Source: an uncultured Methanosarcinaceae archaeon (GTDB lineage Archaea > Halobacteriota > Methanosarcinia > Methanosarcinales > Methanosarcinaceae). From it: 26,698 nucleotides of DNA. The stretch is from NCBI GenBank assembly GCA_963833425.1, contig CAWHXP010000021.1:1-26698 (forward strand), given 5' to 3'. The position numbers were made by a program, and so were the translations under genes. The notes under the pieces are model-generated. The model was given only the letters and a program-made list of their open reading frames with translations. It searched no databases and was not told the DNA's origin. Below are positions 1 to 10,545 of the stretch, in pieces; positions within the stretch are counted from its first letter, which is position 1, and each line of letters starts with the position of its first letter.

Positions 1-269
1 AGTGCAAATAGAGGTGACATTCCAAAATGTTTTATTAATACAAGAGATCCAGTAGCACCGATTGTGCACATCAATGCGTTAGAGACTGGTTCACCAGCAA
101 TAGCTTTATTATAATATCGATGTACGTAACCCATCTGAGGAGCTAACTGCACTTGTGAATTCGCATTACTCTGCGATCCTACATCGGATTCCAAGTCCTC
201 TGAAGCACCTGCAATGGTAGCAGCGGCTCCAATAAGTGCAAGCACTCCCATGCTTACGAGTGGTTCCAT
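1..269 (-). CDS. mtrE: Tetrahydromethanopterin S-methyltransferase subunit E, 5' part (runs off the left edge)
   Basis: Hand translation from ATG 269: MEPLVSMGVLALIGAAATIAGASEDLESDVGSQSNANSQVQLAPQMGYVHRYYNKAIAGEPVSNALMCTIGA... This carries the MtrE signature EDLESDxGSQSNxNSQVQLAPQM...NKAIxGEP. GGAGG RBS at 277-281 (minus). Absent from the ORF track. Confidence 0.95.
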   Translation of the reverse strand, partial: MEPLVSMGVLALIGAAATIAGASEDLESDVGSQSNANSQVQLAPQMGYVHRYYNKAIAGEPVSNALMCTIGATGSLVLIKHFGMSPLFA

Positions 270-736
270 TCATTTTCCTCCTTATATTATTACATGTAAT
301 AAGCCGGAATGAAAAAACGCTGTATATTTTCTGAAGTTATTTGTCATTTTATGCAACGAAAAATAACGAATGACAAACATTGAATTTTTGATTAGAGAGG
401 ATCATTCATAAACCTTTCGAAATTTGGGTGCATTTAAACGATTTTCATCAACTAATTTAGCACACAATTCGTTATATATAAGGAGTGAATTCGATTAAAA
501 TGAGCAAATTCTGAATTATATATAAAAAAGTAAATTTAAATTTCATTAATATAATATAAAGATTACGATTGTTATTCTGAATCATCCCTGCCACTTTTTT
601 AAAAAATACGTTTAATAATCTATACAAATCAGCTTTTCTGGCATTGATTTTTATATAATTTTCGTTATAAATTATGCATGATGCTAATTTTCTTTAGTAC
701 TTTCGAATAAATAGAATGCGATTTTCTTATCCTCAA

Positions 737-866
737 TTTCTGCGGATGTAACAAAAATGCGATTTATTTTCTCAATAAGGCATTTTATTAAAAATTAATC
801 TACCTTTCAAAAAATAATAGTTTTCAAATAGGTAAATAAATTCTACAACTATGTACATTTGTGGAA
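737..866 (+). repeat. Copy 1 of ~130-bp promoter-like repeat, upstream of secG
   Basis: Core ttaaaaattaatctacctttcaa...aaataggtaaataaattctaca..tgtacatttg aligns with 7879-8008(+) and 2885-3016(-). TATA-like TAAATAAA at 833-840. Confidence 0.8.
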
Positions 867-1046
867 TCTCGGTAGTATCATAAGATAACTTTATTATGTG
901 ATGGTCACTAGAGTTAATAGAAAACTTAGAATCTACGCTGAATTTTCAATTTTATAGACAAATTCTAGAATGTGCTACAGCAATCCGTATTATCAAATGC
1001 TTGAAACTCGCATTCAATTACAGCTTATTCGCACAGGTGTTAACTC

Positions 1047-1214
1047 ATGGCTAAAAAATCAGGCAACGGGCTTCAGTCTTCTGCGGGGCTCATGCGCTAC
1101 TATGAAGCTGACAAAAATGCAGTTCATATCCAGCCTAAAGTAGTAATCATTGTTGGCACAATTGTAGGCATAGCAGTATTGTTTTTAGGTGCTATAACTC
1201 ACAATTGGCCATGA
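1047..1214 (+). CDS. secG: Preprotein translocase subunit Sec61beta/SecG (55 aa)
   Basis: MAKKSGNGLQSSAGLMRYYEADKNAVHIQPKVVIIVGTIVGIAVLFLGAITHNWP has the archaeal Sec-beta SSAGLxRYY motif plus one C-terminal TM helix. AGGTG RBS upstream. Below the ORF-track cutoff. Confidence 0.93.
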   Translation: MAKKSGNGLQSSAGLMRYYEADKNAVHIQPKVVIIVGTIVGIAVLFLGAITHNWP

Positions 1215-2884
1215 TTATCATTTTCCGGGCAGGTCCCCTTTGAACAGGCATAGTTCAGGAAAATAGGATCGCAAAAGACGTTCTTCGAGAAGCATATTTC
1301 TTAAACCCATAATTTTGTTTTGGGTTTCTTCTTACATACTGGTGAGTGTCTTCGAGTCCTATGATGTATTTTTAATCTCCCCACGCTAATCTCCAGTGGA
1401 ATTATTGGTACTAAGTCCAGGATTTAACCTTTCTCACTGTAAAAAAACTGTATTAACAACTCAGAAAATCAAGACAAGTAAACCCATAAAACCCATACAC
1501 TTTTAAGTGCTATCCTCTGAAAATGAAGGAGACAAAATCCAGGCTCGATGGAAGATCCCCGTACACTTTCCTTCTCGAGTCATAGTCTTAGCTCAGAGTC
1601 GGAGTCAGTAAGTAAGGCTAGCAGGATGACTTTGTTGTAGAACCTTCAAAATTATGATATACTATACTGAATGTTGATCAGCGCAATTTTGCGGCATAAA
1701 TGTCACATAAAATATTGAACATTTTGGGACTTTGTTCTGCATCGATTTTGTCACATTTTTATATTTATCACGAAATATAATCTTATTTTCATATATTTAA
1801 ATTTGTGAATCGTGTGAAGAGCGGTTTTATCAAGTCGAGCAATATTTATGTCAGAAAATATTTTTTGAAAAGGCATCTTGATTTCCATTTTAAAAGAAGC
1901 CTCGTCTATTGTTTAAATGCATATTGAAGATTTTAATGACTGATTCTCCTATATTCCAAGACAAAATATTAATTTTTAAATATAATATTTTGAATTTAAA
2001 AATTATATTAGCTTCTTAAATATGTTTACTAAGTAATAATTTACAGGGCAAACATTAGTTTCTAAAACAAAAACGTGCGTATGCCTCAAGTCTTATTAAT
2101 GGTTAACAATAGTTTGAGTCCAGATAAAGTTGCATAAAATTTTTTAATCTATTGCTCACCGGTTTATTTCTGGATAAAGTTTTCTGAGGAAAAAGGCTTG
2201 CTCTCTCCTAGATAACAAACTTGGTCAGGTAGTAATTATTTTTTAATAGGAGAGCAATTTTTTAAGTTAATGAAAGAACTTACATGGTTAATACAAGCAG
2301 ATGAATAGTAGCTTATCGTAATCGGCAAATAAAAGACAAATTCAATCATGTAAAAAAAGGATTTAAGAGAATTCTGAGAAATCCAAGATTTCGTTACATC
2401 CTTCTAAACATGATATAAATGACTAATGAAAATCATAGTTTTATCTAAATCCTCTTTTAATCTCAATAATTTGATTGCATTGAAAAGGCGCATTTCAAGA
2501 ATAGTGGAAGTTTTCTTTAAAATCAAAGGATGATGAACAAAAAAGTAAAAAATAATGTCAAATGCATAACTTAGAGAGAAAAATTTGGACAATAAATCCG
2601 CGGAAAAAAAATGAAAAAATGTAAATTGGATCCTAAAATTTTTGAGCATCGCTAGCTACTTCAACTATAAATGAAAGGAAAAAAAGATAAAGAGATATGT
2701 AAGAGTACTTTTTTATGGCCTTCTGGGTAAATGATCTCCAAGATAGGTCAGTACGGTTAGAGAGGTAAAGATTTGATATCATCGTTGAGTAATGGCTGAG
2801 ACTGAAGTCAAGGTTTAGGTAATAATAGAGAGCATAGGGTAAATTGATGGAATAAAAGTGGGGATATATTTTAGGGAACCTACA

Positions 2885-3016
2885 TTCAACAGAAGTACAC
2901 AAATATAGAATTTATTTGCCTATTTAGCTCTGTTATTCATTGAAAGTTAGATTAATTTTTTAGCTATTTTCATGATTGAGAAAATAGATGGCAGTCAAGT
3001 TGTAAATCTGCAGGAA
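2885..3016 (-). repeat. Copy 3 (inverted) of ~130-bp promoter-like repeat
   Basis: Reverse complement reads taaaaaattaatctaactttcaatgaataacagagctaaataggcaaataaattctatatttgtgtacttctg, aligning with the other two copies. Confidence 0.78.
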
Positions 3017-3240
3017 GTGGGAACCAAGTGCTTAATTATCAAATGCATATGTTGATTTTCCCTGTCTTTCCACGGGCTAAGAACCTGGAGTTAGTTTTTT
3101 ATTTGTATCTATGTGTTTCCGGAGTTATCGGGGCTGTAGTAATCTATTCAGGAACTTGATCTTGCTTGTAGTATATCCCTTTTCTATTTTTGGCTTTACT
3201 TGTTTTTCCGATCTAAATTTACTTACGAGTACAGGTATGT

Positions 3241-4035
3241 TTAAAGGAGGAGGGGAATTATCCCAAAAACAAAGACATTTATGAAGCCATGAATCATCGC
3301 AACCAGGGGAAGGCTATGTGTTTTATAAAACATATAACCTACAAAGATGCCTACAAATGATGCATAAAGAACTTCACCAATACTCCCATATCCTGTATGC
3401 ATAAATCCGAATAAAATACTTGTAATTATCAGCCCAGATCGATTGCCGAGTGCTATCTGCAACCTATTCTGAAGGATTGATCTGAAAATTATCTCTTCCA
3501 CAAGACCTACGAAAAAGATCATAACTATGCTGAGCATCAGGAGGTTAAAAGTTGAGAGGTCCGAAATTAGATAGTTTGTCTTGATTATCAGATATTCCCC
3601 TCCTCCAAGAATAAGGCCTAATAATATTGAAAGTGGAATATAGAACCATATTTTCTTGAAGGTCATTCCGAGCTGTGCGCGAGTAACTTCCTGATTGGTT
3701 GCTGCAATACTTACAGGAATTGCCAGGATACCGTATATGAAAATGAAGGAATAAAGCGTTTTCTCATAATAAACTGGCATTGAAAGGTTAACTAAGCGTA
3801 AGATCGGCAAGAGAATAAGGGCTAGATAAGTTTTCTGGATCTCCGTGTGTTTGACAAACATCATGAAGAAGGATAGACCTAGCAGGATCGTTGCATGCAT
3901 TTCCAGAGCTTGTATCTTCATTCCCCAAAATATCAATATCTCCGCAGAGACAATTGCCACAGCTGGTATTCCGATATAATACCTTATATTCCTAATCTCA
4001 ACGGGATTTTTCCTAAAATTGTCAGATATTTCCAT
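3241..4035 (-). CDS. CPBP (type II CAAX/Abi) family intramembrane glutamic endopeptidase
   Basis: Multi-TM protein with motifs EEIIFR, FGFMH and HGFIN. Confidence 0.9.
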   Translation of the reverse strand: MEISDNFRKNPVEIRNIRYYIGIPAVAIVSAEILIFWGMKIQALEMHATILLGLSFFMMFVKHTEIQKTYLALILLPILRLVNLSMPVYYEKTLYSFIFIYGILAIPVSIAATNQEVTRAQLGMTFKKIWFYIPLSILLGLILGGGEYLIIKTNYLISDLSTFNLLMLSIVMIFFVGLVEEIIFRSILQNRLQIALGNRSGLIITSILFGFMHTGYGSIGEVLYASFVGIFVGYMFYKTHSLPLVAMIHGFINVFVFGIIPLLL

Positions 4036-4037
4036 TT

Positions 4038-4937
4038 TCAGACTCTCTTTGATACATTTATCCAGAGGCGCAGATTTTTGTATGGCATTTTCTTTTCTGT
4101 TTCGCTGAAAAGAAGGAATTCGAGCTTCTGATTTTTTCCTTCAATAAAAGGTGTAATCTTAAGGGGCTCTTCAATGATCGTGTTATGGGCAAGCCTAATA
4201 TTTTTCAGATTTTTCTGAAAGGGGAGTGATTCGTTTTCAATCCTGACTTCCAGTGTGTAATTCATTGTTTTGTACTCATTGTTTACTATCCCTATAATGT
4301 AGGTCCCGCTTTCACCTTGTAAATACTCTGTTGTATAATTTTCAGCCATCCTTTGAGGTCCGAGAATATAGAATTCCGTAAATGGAACTTTCTCATGAGG
4401 TGCGAGGGTAATGTAAGCCAGAGTTCCGATCAAAAACAGGAAAGAAATGGCTAGAAATGTCCTGAGGATCTTTTCAGTTTTTGATCCCGAATTTTCTCCA
4501 ATTTTACTCAGTAGGGTAAGAGCAGAGGCCCTGAAAGAAACTCCAAATATTCTATTTTCGGGTAGTCTTCTCCGTCTCGAGTACGCTACTCCGGACATGA
4601 TTAGAATAAATACAGATAAGCTTGTAAGTAGGGGAATTTCCCTGATACCCCAGGGTGTAAAGTTAAGTACAAGCCCTATTAGAGGTACTATCGCAACGCT
4701 TAGCCCGACCGAAAGAGCTATTCTTTCCATCCCTTCAAGCCCGGCTTCTTCTGGAAAGAGTACGGATACAAGAGCATATCCTGGAAGGAAAATTAGCAGG
4801 AATAAACTAAGAGTAGTACGGATGAAACTTTCGTTGAGTGGAGAAACAAGTATGAAAATATTTGTAAGAATCACAAGGCCTGCTACAAACAGCAGGTCAG
4901 ATGGAAACTTCTGGTTTCCGGGCATATAAATCCTCAT
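4038..4937 (-). CDS. DUF1616-like archaeal membrane protein
   Basis: FLPGYAL..LFP, ERIALSVGLS and FTEFYILG motifs. N-terminal TM helices plus a C-terminal soluble domain. Ends 2 bp before the CPBP start, so likely one operon. Confidence 0.8.
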   Translation of the reverse strand: MRIYMPGNQKFPSDLLFVAGLVILTNIFILVSPLNESFIRTTLSLFLLIFLPGYALVSVLFPEEAGLEGMERIALSVGLSVAIVPLIGLVLNFTPWGIREIPLLTSLSVFILIMSGVAYSRRRRLPENRIFGVSFRASALTLLSKIGENSGSKTEKILRTFLAISFLFLIGTLAYITLAPHEKVPFTEFYILGPQRMAENYTTEYLQGESGTYIIGIVNNEYKTMNYTLEVRIENESLPFQKNLKNIRLAHNTIIEEPLKITPFIEGKNQKLEFLLFSETEKKMPYKNLRLWINVSKRV

Positions 4938-5785
4938 AAAGCGGTTTATTCGTTACTTAGTTGTATAAAGTACGTTTCTCCTTTCCTGTCTGCTATATCA
5001 AATACTTTTCCTTTTTTGATCCTCTTGAAAGAAATTATCAACTCTTCAATCCATTTTTTATTCTCTTTTTGAAGAAATTTTCTAACCTGAGCTTGAGATC
5101 TTTTTAATGTTAATTGAATATCATATAAAATTCGTAACTATTCAACCTAAAAATAAAATCTATTGATATATATTATTTTGATACAATATATACTTCTAAT
5201 TGCTGACTTATGGACAATTAAAAAATTATCAATAGCCAACAATTGGTAAAATAAACCCATCAAATTTGTAAATTGAATTTAGACAATATAGTTACTGCTA
5301 TCTATATTGAGTTTCCCTCTCTCAATAGTTATAAAAATTAGTTGGCTCTTCATATTAGTTTGATTCTTTCCCTTATAATTACTCCTGTTAAATAATAAAA
5401 TAAGTTTTCCTATTGTTATTCAGACTAACAGGCTTTTAAATGAACTGATTTATTTTTCGTTATCGGTTATCTGATAAATTATTTTTCGTGTCCAAATGCT
5501 TATATAGCTAGTATATATTAAAACAGATATATCTTGTACTGAACAAAATGACTATTTTGTAAAGTGCCCAGCTTATTCCTTTTTGCTAAAAGGAGTCCAA
5601 TAATCTGTAAAGGTGATCTTGTAAATATAGAGTTGGAATATATTTTGAAACTCTTTGTAATTTAGGGAGCGATGACTCTGAGAATAATATTTTCTAAGAT
5701 TAGATTTATTGCATACTCCTCTTTAATAAGTCCCCTTATTCGAAAGACTTGTGAGTTTCATCAACAAAGAGGTGGGTAATTTTCG

Positions 5786-6685
5786 ATGTCCATTACAATT
5801 GCAGCCATGCCTGCCTATAATGAAGCTCACGTAATTTCAGAAGTTATCAGAGGTTGCAAAAACTATGTCGATAGGGTAGTGGTCGTAGATGACGGAAGCA
5901 CTGATGATACCGTCGATATTGCAGAATCCCTCGGTGCCTATGTAGTTCGTCATGAAACTAATATTGGATATGGTGCAGCCCTTAAGAACTGTTTCGAAAC
6001 TGCTCGCAACCTAGGTGCAAGTGCTATGGTTATAATTGACTCTGACGGTCAACATGATCCATCCGAGATACCAAAGCTTCTGGAGCCTCTAAATAACGGA
6101 TTTGATCTGGTAATCGGCTCCAGGTTTGTCAACGGTAACGGCAAAAATGTCCCAATTTATCGTAAGTTTGGGATGAAGATCCTTGACGTTGCGACCTATG
6201 TTGCAGGTGGCCTCAATGTTACTGATTCTCAGAGTGGTTTTCGGGCTTATGGAAAAAAGGCCATTGAAAATATACATTTGTATGGCACCGATATGTCCGC
6301 TGGCTCCGAAATTCTCATTCAGGCAGGTGATTACAATTTAAAATTTACTGAAGTGGAAATCCATTGTAGGTATGACCTTGACAACTGCTCAAGTGAACAT
6401 CCCTTCATACATGGATCCATAGTTCTTTTTCGTATTCTCAAAGATATGGAATATCGAAGGCCACTTTACTATTTTGCCCTCCCTGGGATGATTATGGCAT
6501 CTACGGGCTTTTTTATGGGACTGAAATTTTTACAGGATTATTACATGGGAGGGTATTTGCGCTTCGGGCCTACACTCCTTATGGTGATGTTGACAATTAT
6601 AGGAGCCTTCATGGTATTTACTGGGATAATACTGCATGCAATATCAAGGATGATAGTTCTAAATGAGCATATTCGGAAACAATAA
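5786..6685 (+). CDS. GT2 glycosyltransferase, dolichol-phosphate glycosyltransferase (DPM1-like)
   Basis: MPAYNE, VVDDGSTD, DSDGQHDP and TDSQSGFRA motifs, two C-terminal TM helices. GAGGTG RBS. Confidence 0.92.
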   Translation: MSITIAAMPAYNEAHVISEVIRGCKNYVDRVVVVDDGSTDDTVDIAESLGAYVVRHETNIGYGAALKNCFETARNLGASAMVIIDSDGQHDPSEIPKLLEPLNNGFDLVIGSRFVNGNGKNVPIYRKFGMKILDVATYVAGGLNVTDSQSGFRAYGKKAIENIHLYGTDMSAGSEILIQAGDYNLKFTEVEIHCRYDLDNCSSEHPFIHGSIVLFRILKDMEYRRPLYYFALPGMIMASTGFFMGLKFLQDYYMGGYLRFGPTLLMVMLTIIGAFMVFTGIILHAISRMIVLNEHIRKQ

Positions 6686-6706
6686 CTTTCAAATTGGGGT
6701 CAATTT

Positions 6707-7720
6707 ATGGAATCTCCTTTCGTTTCGGTGATAGTAGGCATTCGCAACGAAGAAATCTTTATCGAAGAATGTATTGAATCACTTCTTAGGCTAGACTATC
6801 CTTTGGATCGTTATGAGATTATTATCGTTGATGGAATGTCCTCCGATAAATCTCGGGATTTGGTACAGAAATACCCTGTAAGGCTTCTTCTAAATAATAA
6901 AAAAAATGTTGCTGCGGCAAGGAATCTTGGCGTGGAGAATGCCAGAGGCAATCTTGTTGCGTTTACCGATGGGGACTGTAAGGTTGATTCCCAGTGGTTG
7001 AAAATACTTGTCCGTGAAATGCAAAATGCTCCCTATGATGTAGTGTGTTTTGGAGGACCTAACTTGATCTTTGAAACTGACCCTGTATTTGGCAGAGTCG
7101 TGGGGTATTCCCAGGAAACTTTTCTGGGCTCAGGCGGCTCGGCACAGTCCAAAAATTCCACAAAAAAACACTACGTAAGCTCTCTACCAAACTGTAATGC
7201 CATGTATAAAAAAAGTGTAATTCAGGACGTCGGCTATTTTGACGAAAGGTTTCTGATAGGTCAGGATGGAGATCTAAATTATAGAATAGGTCAGAAGGGC
7301 CACAAGTTTTTGTATGTTCCTGAAGCGCAGGTTCTGCATCACAGAAGAGGGACTTTGTATTCTTTTTCAGTAAGAATGTTTAAATATGGTATGTGGATGG
7401 CGGAACTTTTCAAAAAACATGGAGAATTTGTGCGCTGGTATGCTTTTTTGCCTTCAGTTGCCATTGTTTTATCAGTAGCTTTGTTGATATCTTCTATTAT
7501 TTACTACACTCCGATACTGTTTTTGTATGCACTGATTACGATCTATTTTGTTCTGGTCTTTGTCACCTCAATCCAGGTTACTCGCAAAATGAGATCCAAA
7601 TACGGTCTTTTTGCCTTTTTTGTGATCCCTGTGCAACACGTTACTTATGGACTGGGGTTTTTGTATAGTTTTGCAAATTCCTTCTATCGTGATAGATTCA
7701 ACTCTCGATCTGATATTTAA
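6707..7720 (+). CDS. GT2 glycosyltransferase (ExoA-like)
   Basis: VDGMSSD, AARNLG, FTDGDC and FDERF..GQDGDLNYR motifs, with C-terminal TM helices. Confidence 0.9.
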   Translation: MESPFVSVIVGIRNEEIFIEECIESLLRLDYPLDRYEIIIVDGMSSDKSRDLVQKYPVRLLLNNKKNVAAARNLGVENARGNLVAFTDGDCKVDSQWLKILVREMQNAPYDVVCFGGPNLIFETDPVFGRVVGYSQETFLGSGGSAQSKNSTKKHYVSSLPNCNAMYKKSVIQDVGYFDERFLIGQDGDLNYRIGQKGHKFLYVPEAQVLHHRRGTLYSFSVRMFKYGMWMAELFKKHGEFVRWYAFLPSVAIVLSVALLISSIIYYTPILFLYALITIYFVLVFVTSIQVTRKMRSKYGLFAFFVIPVQHVTYGLGFLYSFANSFYRDRFNSRSDI

Positions 7721-7878
7721 TATTCAAGAGTTTATTAATATCTTTAAGGAATAAAGACTGAAAACCAACGTATGTGATACTTTTCGGGCCAAAATATTTT
7801 TAATCAATACTAGCCTGATTATAACTTTGATGGGTTTTCTAAACCTAATAACTCGGATAATATAATTATTCTTTTCAT

Positions 7879-8008
7879 TTTCTGTAGATGTACACTAGAA
7901 TGCCAGCTATTTTTTTCAATATAACAGCATTTAAAAATTAATTTAACTTTCAATGAATAATATAGACAAATAGGTAAATAAATTCTACATATGTGTACAT
8001 TTGCAGAA
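7879..8008 (+). repeat. Copy 2 of ~130-bp promoter-like repeat, upstream of the 8059 ORF
   Basis: Shares caaataggtaaataaattctaca exactly with copy 1. TATA-like TAAATAAA at 7975-7982. Confidence 0.8.
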
Positions 8009-8058
8009 AGCCGAATTCAATTTTTAATGTTATGTTTGTTTAAGGTTATGGAGATAGT

Positions 8059-10035
8059 ATGTTTGGATCGGGTAAAGAGAAAGGATTAAAGGTGGATAAT
8101 GACCACTTAATGAAGTTAATTTCCTCTCTTTTTCCATTAGCTATAATTTTGGCAGTATTATTCACGTTCTTATGGATGTTTATAATTGGAAGGTTTGGTT
8201 ACGCACTTCGTGGATTATTTACAGGAATACCAGCAATACTTTCCTGCCTAATTGTGTTGTTTATTTACAAAAAAGATACAAATTTACATGAAATAGACTT
8301 TCCTTTATCCCTAAACACAAAATCCCTTACGTATATATTCGGGATATTTTATATCAGTTCCCTGGTTGTACTACTGCTTTCTCTTGGAGATAGACCATGG
8401 TATTATTTCATTTTTATTCTAATGCTTTACCTTTCAGTAGTCTTGCAAATATTCTCTAAAAATGGAAGTTCTTCCCTAATCCTTGTAGAATCTTTCTTAA
8501 TCATGATTAATCTGATTTACAGTATTACATTTAATTACGATTATTACTTTGGAACTACAGACATACTCCCACATATATTTCTTTCAGAACTTATCGCTTT
8601 TTCAGGGCAGATAATTCCGGCTTCAGTAAGTGATTACGCATATTTTCCACTGTACCATATACTTGTTGCAGAAGCCTCAGAGCTACTTAACACAAGTACA
8701 AAGATATCACTCTTTTTGATAACTGCGCCGATTTATGCAATTACCATAATTTTCCTTTACTATATTTTTAATTTCATAACAAAGAATCGTCAAATTTCCT
8801 TGCTGTCATGCCTATTATTTTCAGTGAGTTCTATTGTACTATATTACGGTGCAAATGTAATCACTCGCACAATGGCATTTATAATGTTTGTGATATTAAT
8901 ATACCTTATTTTTAGTGTCAATTTCAAGAAGGATAAATTATCTGTAAAAATACTTTCAGTAATCGTTGTGATTTTTTTAACCCTGGTTCACAATGTTTCC
9001 TTTCCCCAAATAGTCTTATTGCTGGTTGTTTTGTTTGTTTCCGAATATATCATAGGAGACGGTAAATACATTAGTAAGCCGTTTTTTGTATTTCTTAACG
9101 TTACTTTCGTTTCATACTGGTTTTATGTAGCCTACTTGTTTGTTCAAAGGAGTCTGACCCCCCGTTTACAGAGCCAGCTTTGGGATTCTATGATTTTAAC
9201 TGCTGGAGGTGCAGAGATAATTCAAGAGGGTTTGATTAGTTTAATAGGACTTTTGGATAAATCTATATTTTTATTTTTTGCCTTAATCGGAATAGGGTTT
9301 CTCCTGAAAAACTATAAGAATAATTATGCTTCTGTTTTAGGTTTATTTGCCTTTTTGACCCTGATATTTTATATACCAAATCCTCTCAACACTATATGGC
9401 AGCTCAATGTTCTCTTTAGATTTGACCGCTTTATGCTTCTTGTTAGCCCTTTTATGGCTTTCGTAATGGGTTATGGAATGTACGTATTATGGAATTATAT
9501 CGCTAAATACACCCCTAAAAAACTAAATTTATTCTTTGTAATATTTCTGTTATTTTCTGTATTTGTCTTGGTCTCTTTGATCTACAGTATTGGTGATTCG
9601 AGCATCCTTGGCCAAAACGCAGAGCATCAATACTTCACTTTTGATGAATTGAGAGGTTTTGAACATATTTTCAACTATAGTCCGATTAATTCTTCCATTT
9701 ACTCAGATTATTATACTACAAGGTTTTTTTATCTCCCATTGATTCCTCGTACCTCTGCGAAAATGAATTTCGCACCTTATAAAGATTATAGAATCGGTGA
9801 TGTAAACAAAATTCAACAATACAAAGGCTATACAGTGATTAGAACTCGGGAATTTCAAAGGAGTGGCTTATACTTCGGCAGTAGCGAAAGTACTCGCAAA
9901 GAAACTCCTAATTATTTCTTTAAGAAAATACCAAAAAACAAGCTCGAACTAGAACGTAATCTTGCAACTCTTAGTAAAGTATATTCAAATCCCTCAATTG
10001 ACATTTTTATTCCGCATTCGGGACTAAACTCTTAA
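8059..10035 (+). CDS. Polytopic membrane protein, putative GT-C-fold glycosyltransferase or polysaccharide assembly protein
   Basis: 658 aa with many hydrophobic segments, loop motifs GTTDILPH and YAYFPLYHIL, and a soluble C-terminal domain. Sits in a GT cluster. GGAG RBS. Function inferred from topology and context only. Confidence 0.6.
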   Translation: MFGSGKEKGLKVDNDHLMKLISSLFPLAIILAVLFTFLWMFIIGRFGYALRGLFTGIPAILSCLIVLFIYKKDTNLHEIDFPLSLNTKSLTYIFGIFYISSLVVLLLSLGDRPWYYFIFILMLYLSVVLQIFSKNGSSSLILVESFLIMINLIYSITFNYDYYFGTTDILPHIFLSELIAFSGQIIPASVSDYAYFPLYHILVAEASELLNTSTKISLFLITAPIYAITIIFLYYIFNFITKNRQISLLSCLLFSVSSIVLYYGANVITRTMAFIMFVILIYLIFSVNFKKDKLSVKILSVIVVIFLTLVHNVSFPQIVLLLVVLFVSEYIIGDGKYISKPFFVFLNVTFVSYWFYVAYLFVQRSLTPRLQSQLWDSMILTAGGAEIIQEGLISLIGLLDKSIFLFFALIGIGFLLKNYKNNYASVLGLFAFLTLIFYIPNPLNTIWQLNVLFRFDRFMLLVSPFMAFVMGYGMYVLWNYIAKYTPKKLNLFFVIFLLFSVFVLVSLIYSIGDSSILGQNAEHQYFTFDELRGFEHIFNYSPINSSIYSDYYTTRFFYLPLIPRTSAKMNFAPYKDYRIGDVNKIQQYKGYTVIRTREFQRSGLYFGSSESTRKETPNYFFKKIPKNKLELERNLATLSKVYSNPSIDIFIPHSGLNS

Positions 10036-10459
10036 CAAGGCATAAAATCAATGTATAGCTAAAATCTTAAAAATCAAGGATTATAAGGATCAATTTGATT
10101 GATATACATGAATTTCCGGGAGAATTAGTTTCTAGCAGTGGCGGAATGAAAAGTAAAAAATAATATCCATATGTTCTGATAAGAGCTAAAATGATTTTTT
10201 TCTTCGTTCTGAGGAAAAATTAGGTGTAATAAAAACATAAAATTTTTTGATAACAGGCACAATTAAATGAGAGTACATTTCAAATTACCTTTTTTGACCA
10301 TTGACTTCATCACTATCTAGACAGAAAGGTTGTTTTAATTTTAGTCTTTTAAGACTCGTTATAAAACTAATTAGTAAATTTTCATTGAAGTCTTAAAAAT
10401 ACCATTTTTTAAGCATATGGCGAAATACAAGGATTCACCGAAATTCTCTACAATAAACT

Positions 10460-10545
10460 TGGTGCGGGAGAAGGGATTCGAACCCATGAACGCCTTCGCG
10501 AAACGATCTTGAGTCGTTCACCGTTGACCGCTTGGTTACTCCCGC
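10460..10545 (-). tRNA. tRNA-Leu(CAA), intronless, CCA encoded
   Basis: GCGGGAGTAACCAAGCGGTCAACGGTGAACGACTCAAGATCGTTTCGCGAAGGCGTTCATGGGTTCGAATCCCTTCTCCCGCACCA. Acceptor GCGGGAG/CTCCCGC, anticodon stem AACGA/TCGTT with loop CTCAAGA, long variable arm, TTCGAAT T-loop. Confidence 0.96.

Noticed and set aside
2404..2902. ORFs 2404-2649 and 2633-2902 (-)
   Set aside because: Low-complexity F/L/S/Y-rich translations of AT-rich DNA with no family motif, and one starts inside the repeat.
10460..10545. tRNA-Leu as attachment site for the integrase element
   Set aside because: No duplicate of its 3' end found in the window by eye, and its 3' end faces away from the element.
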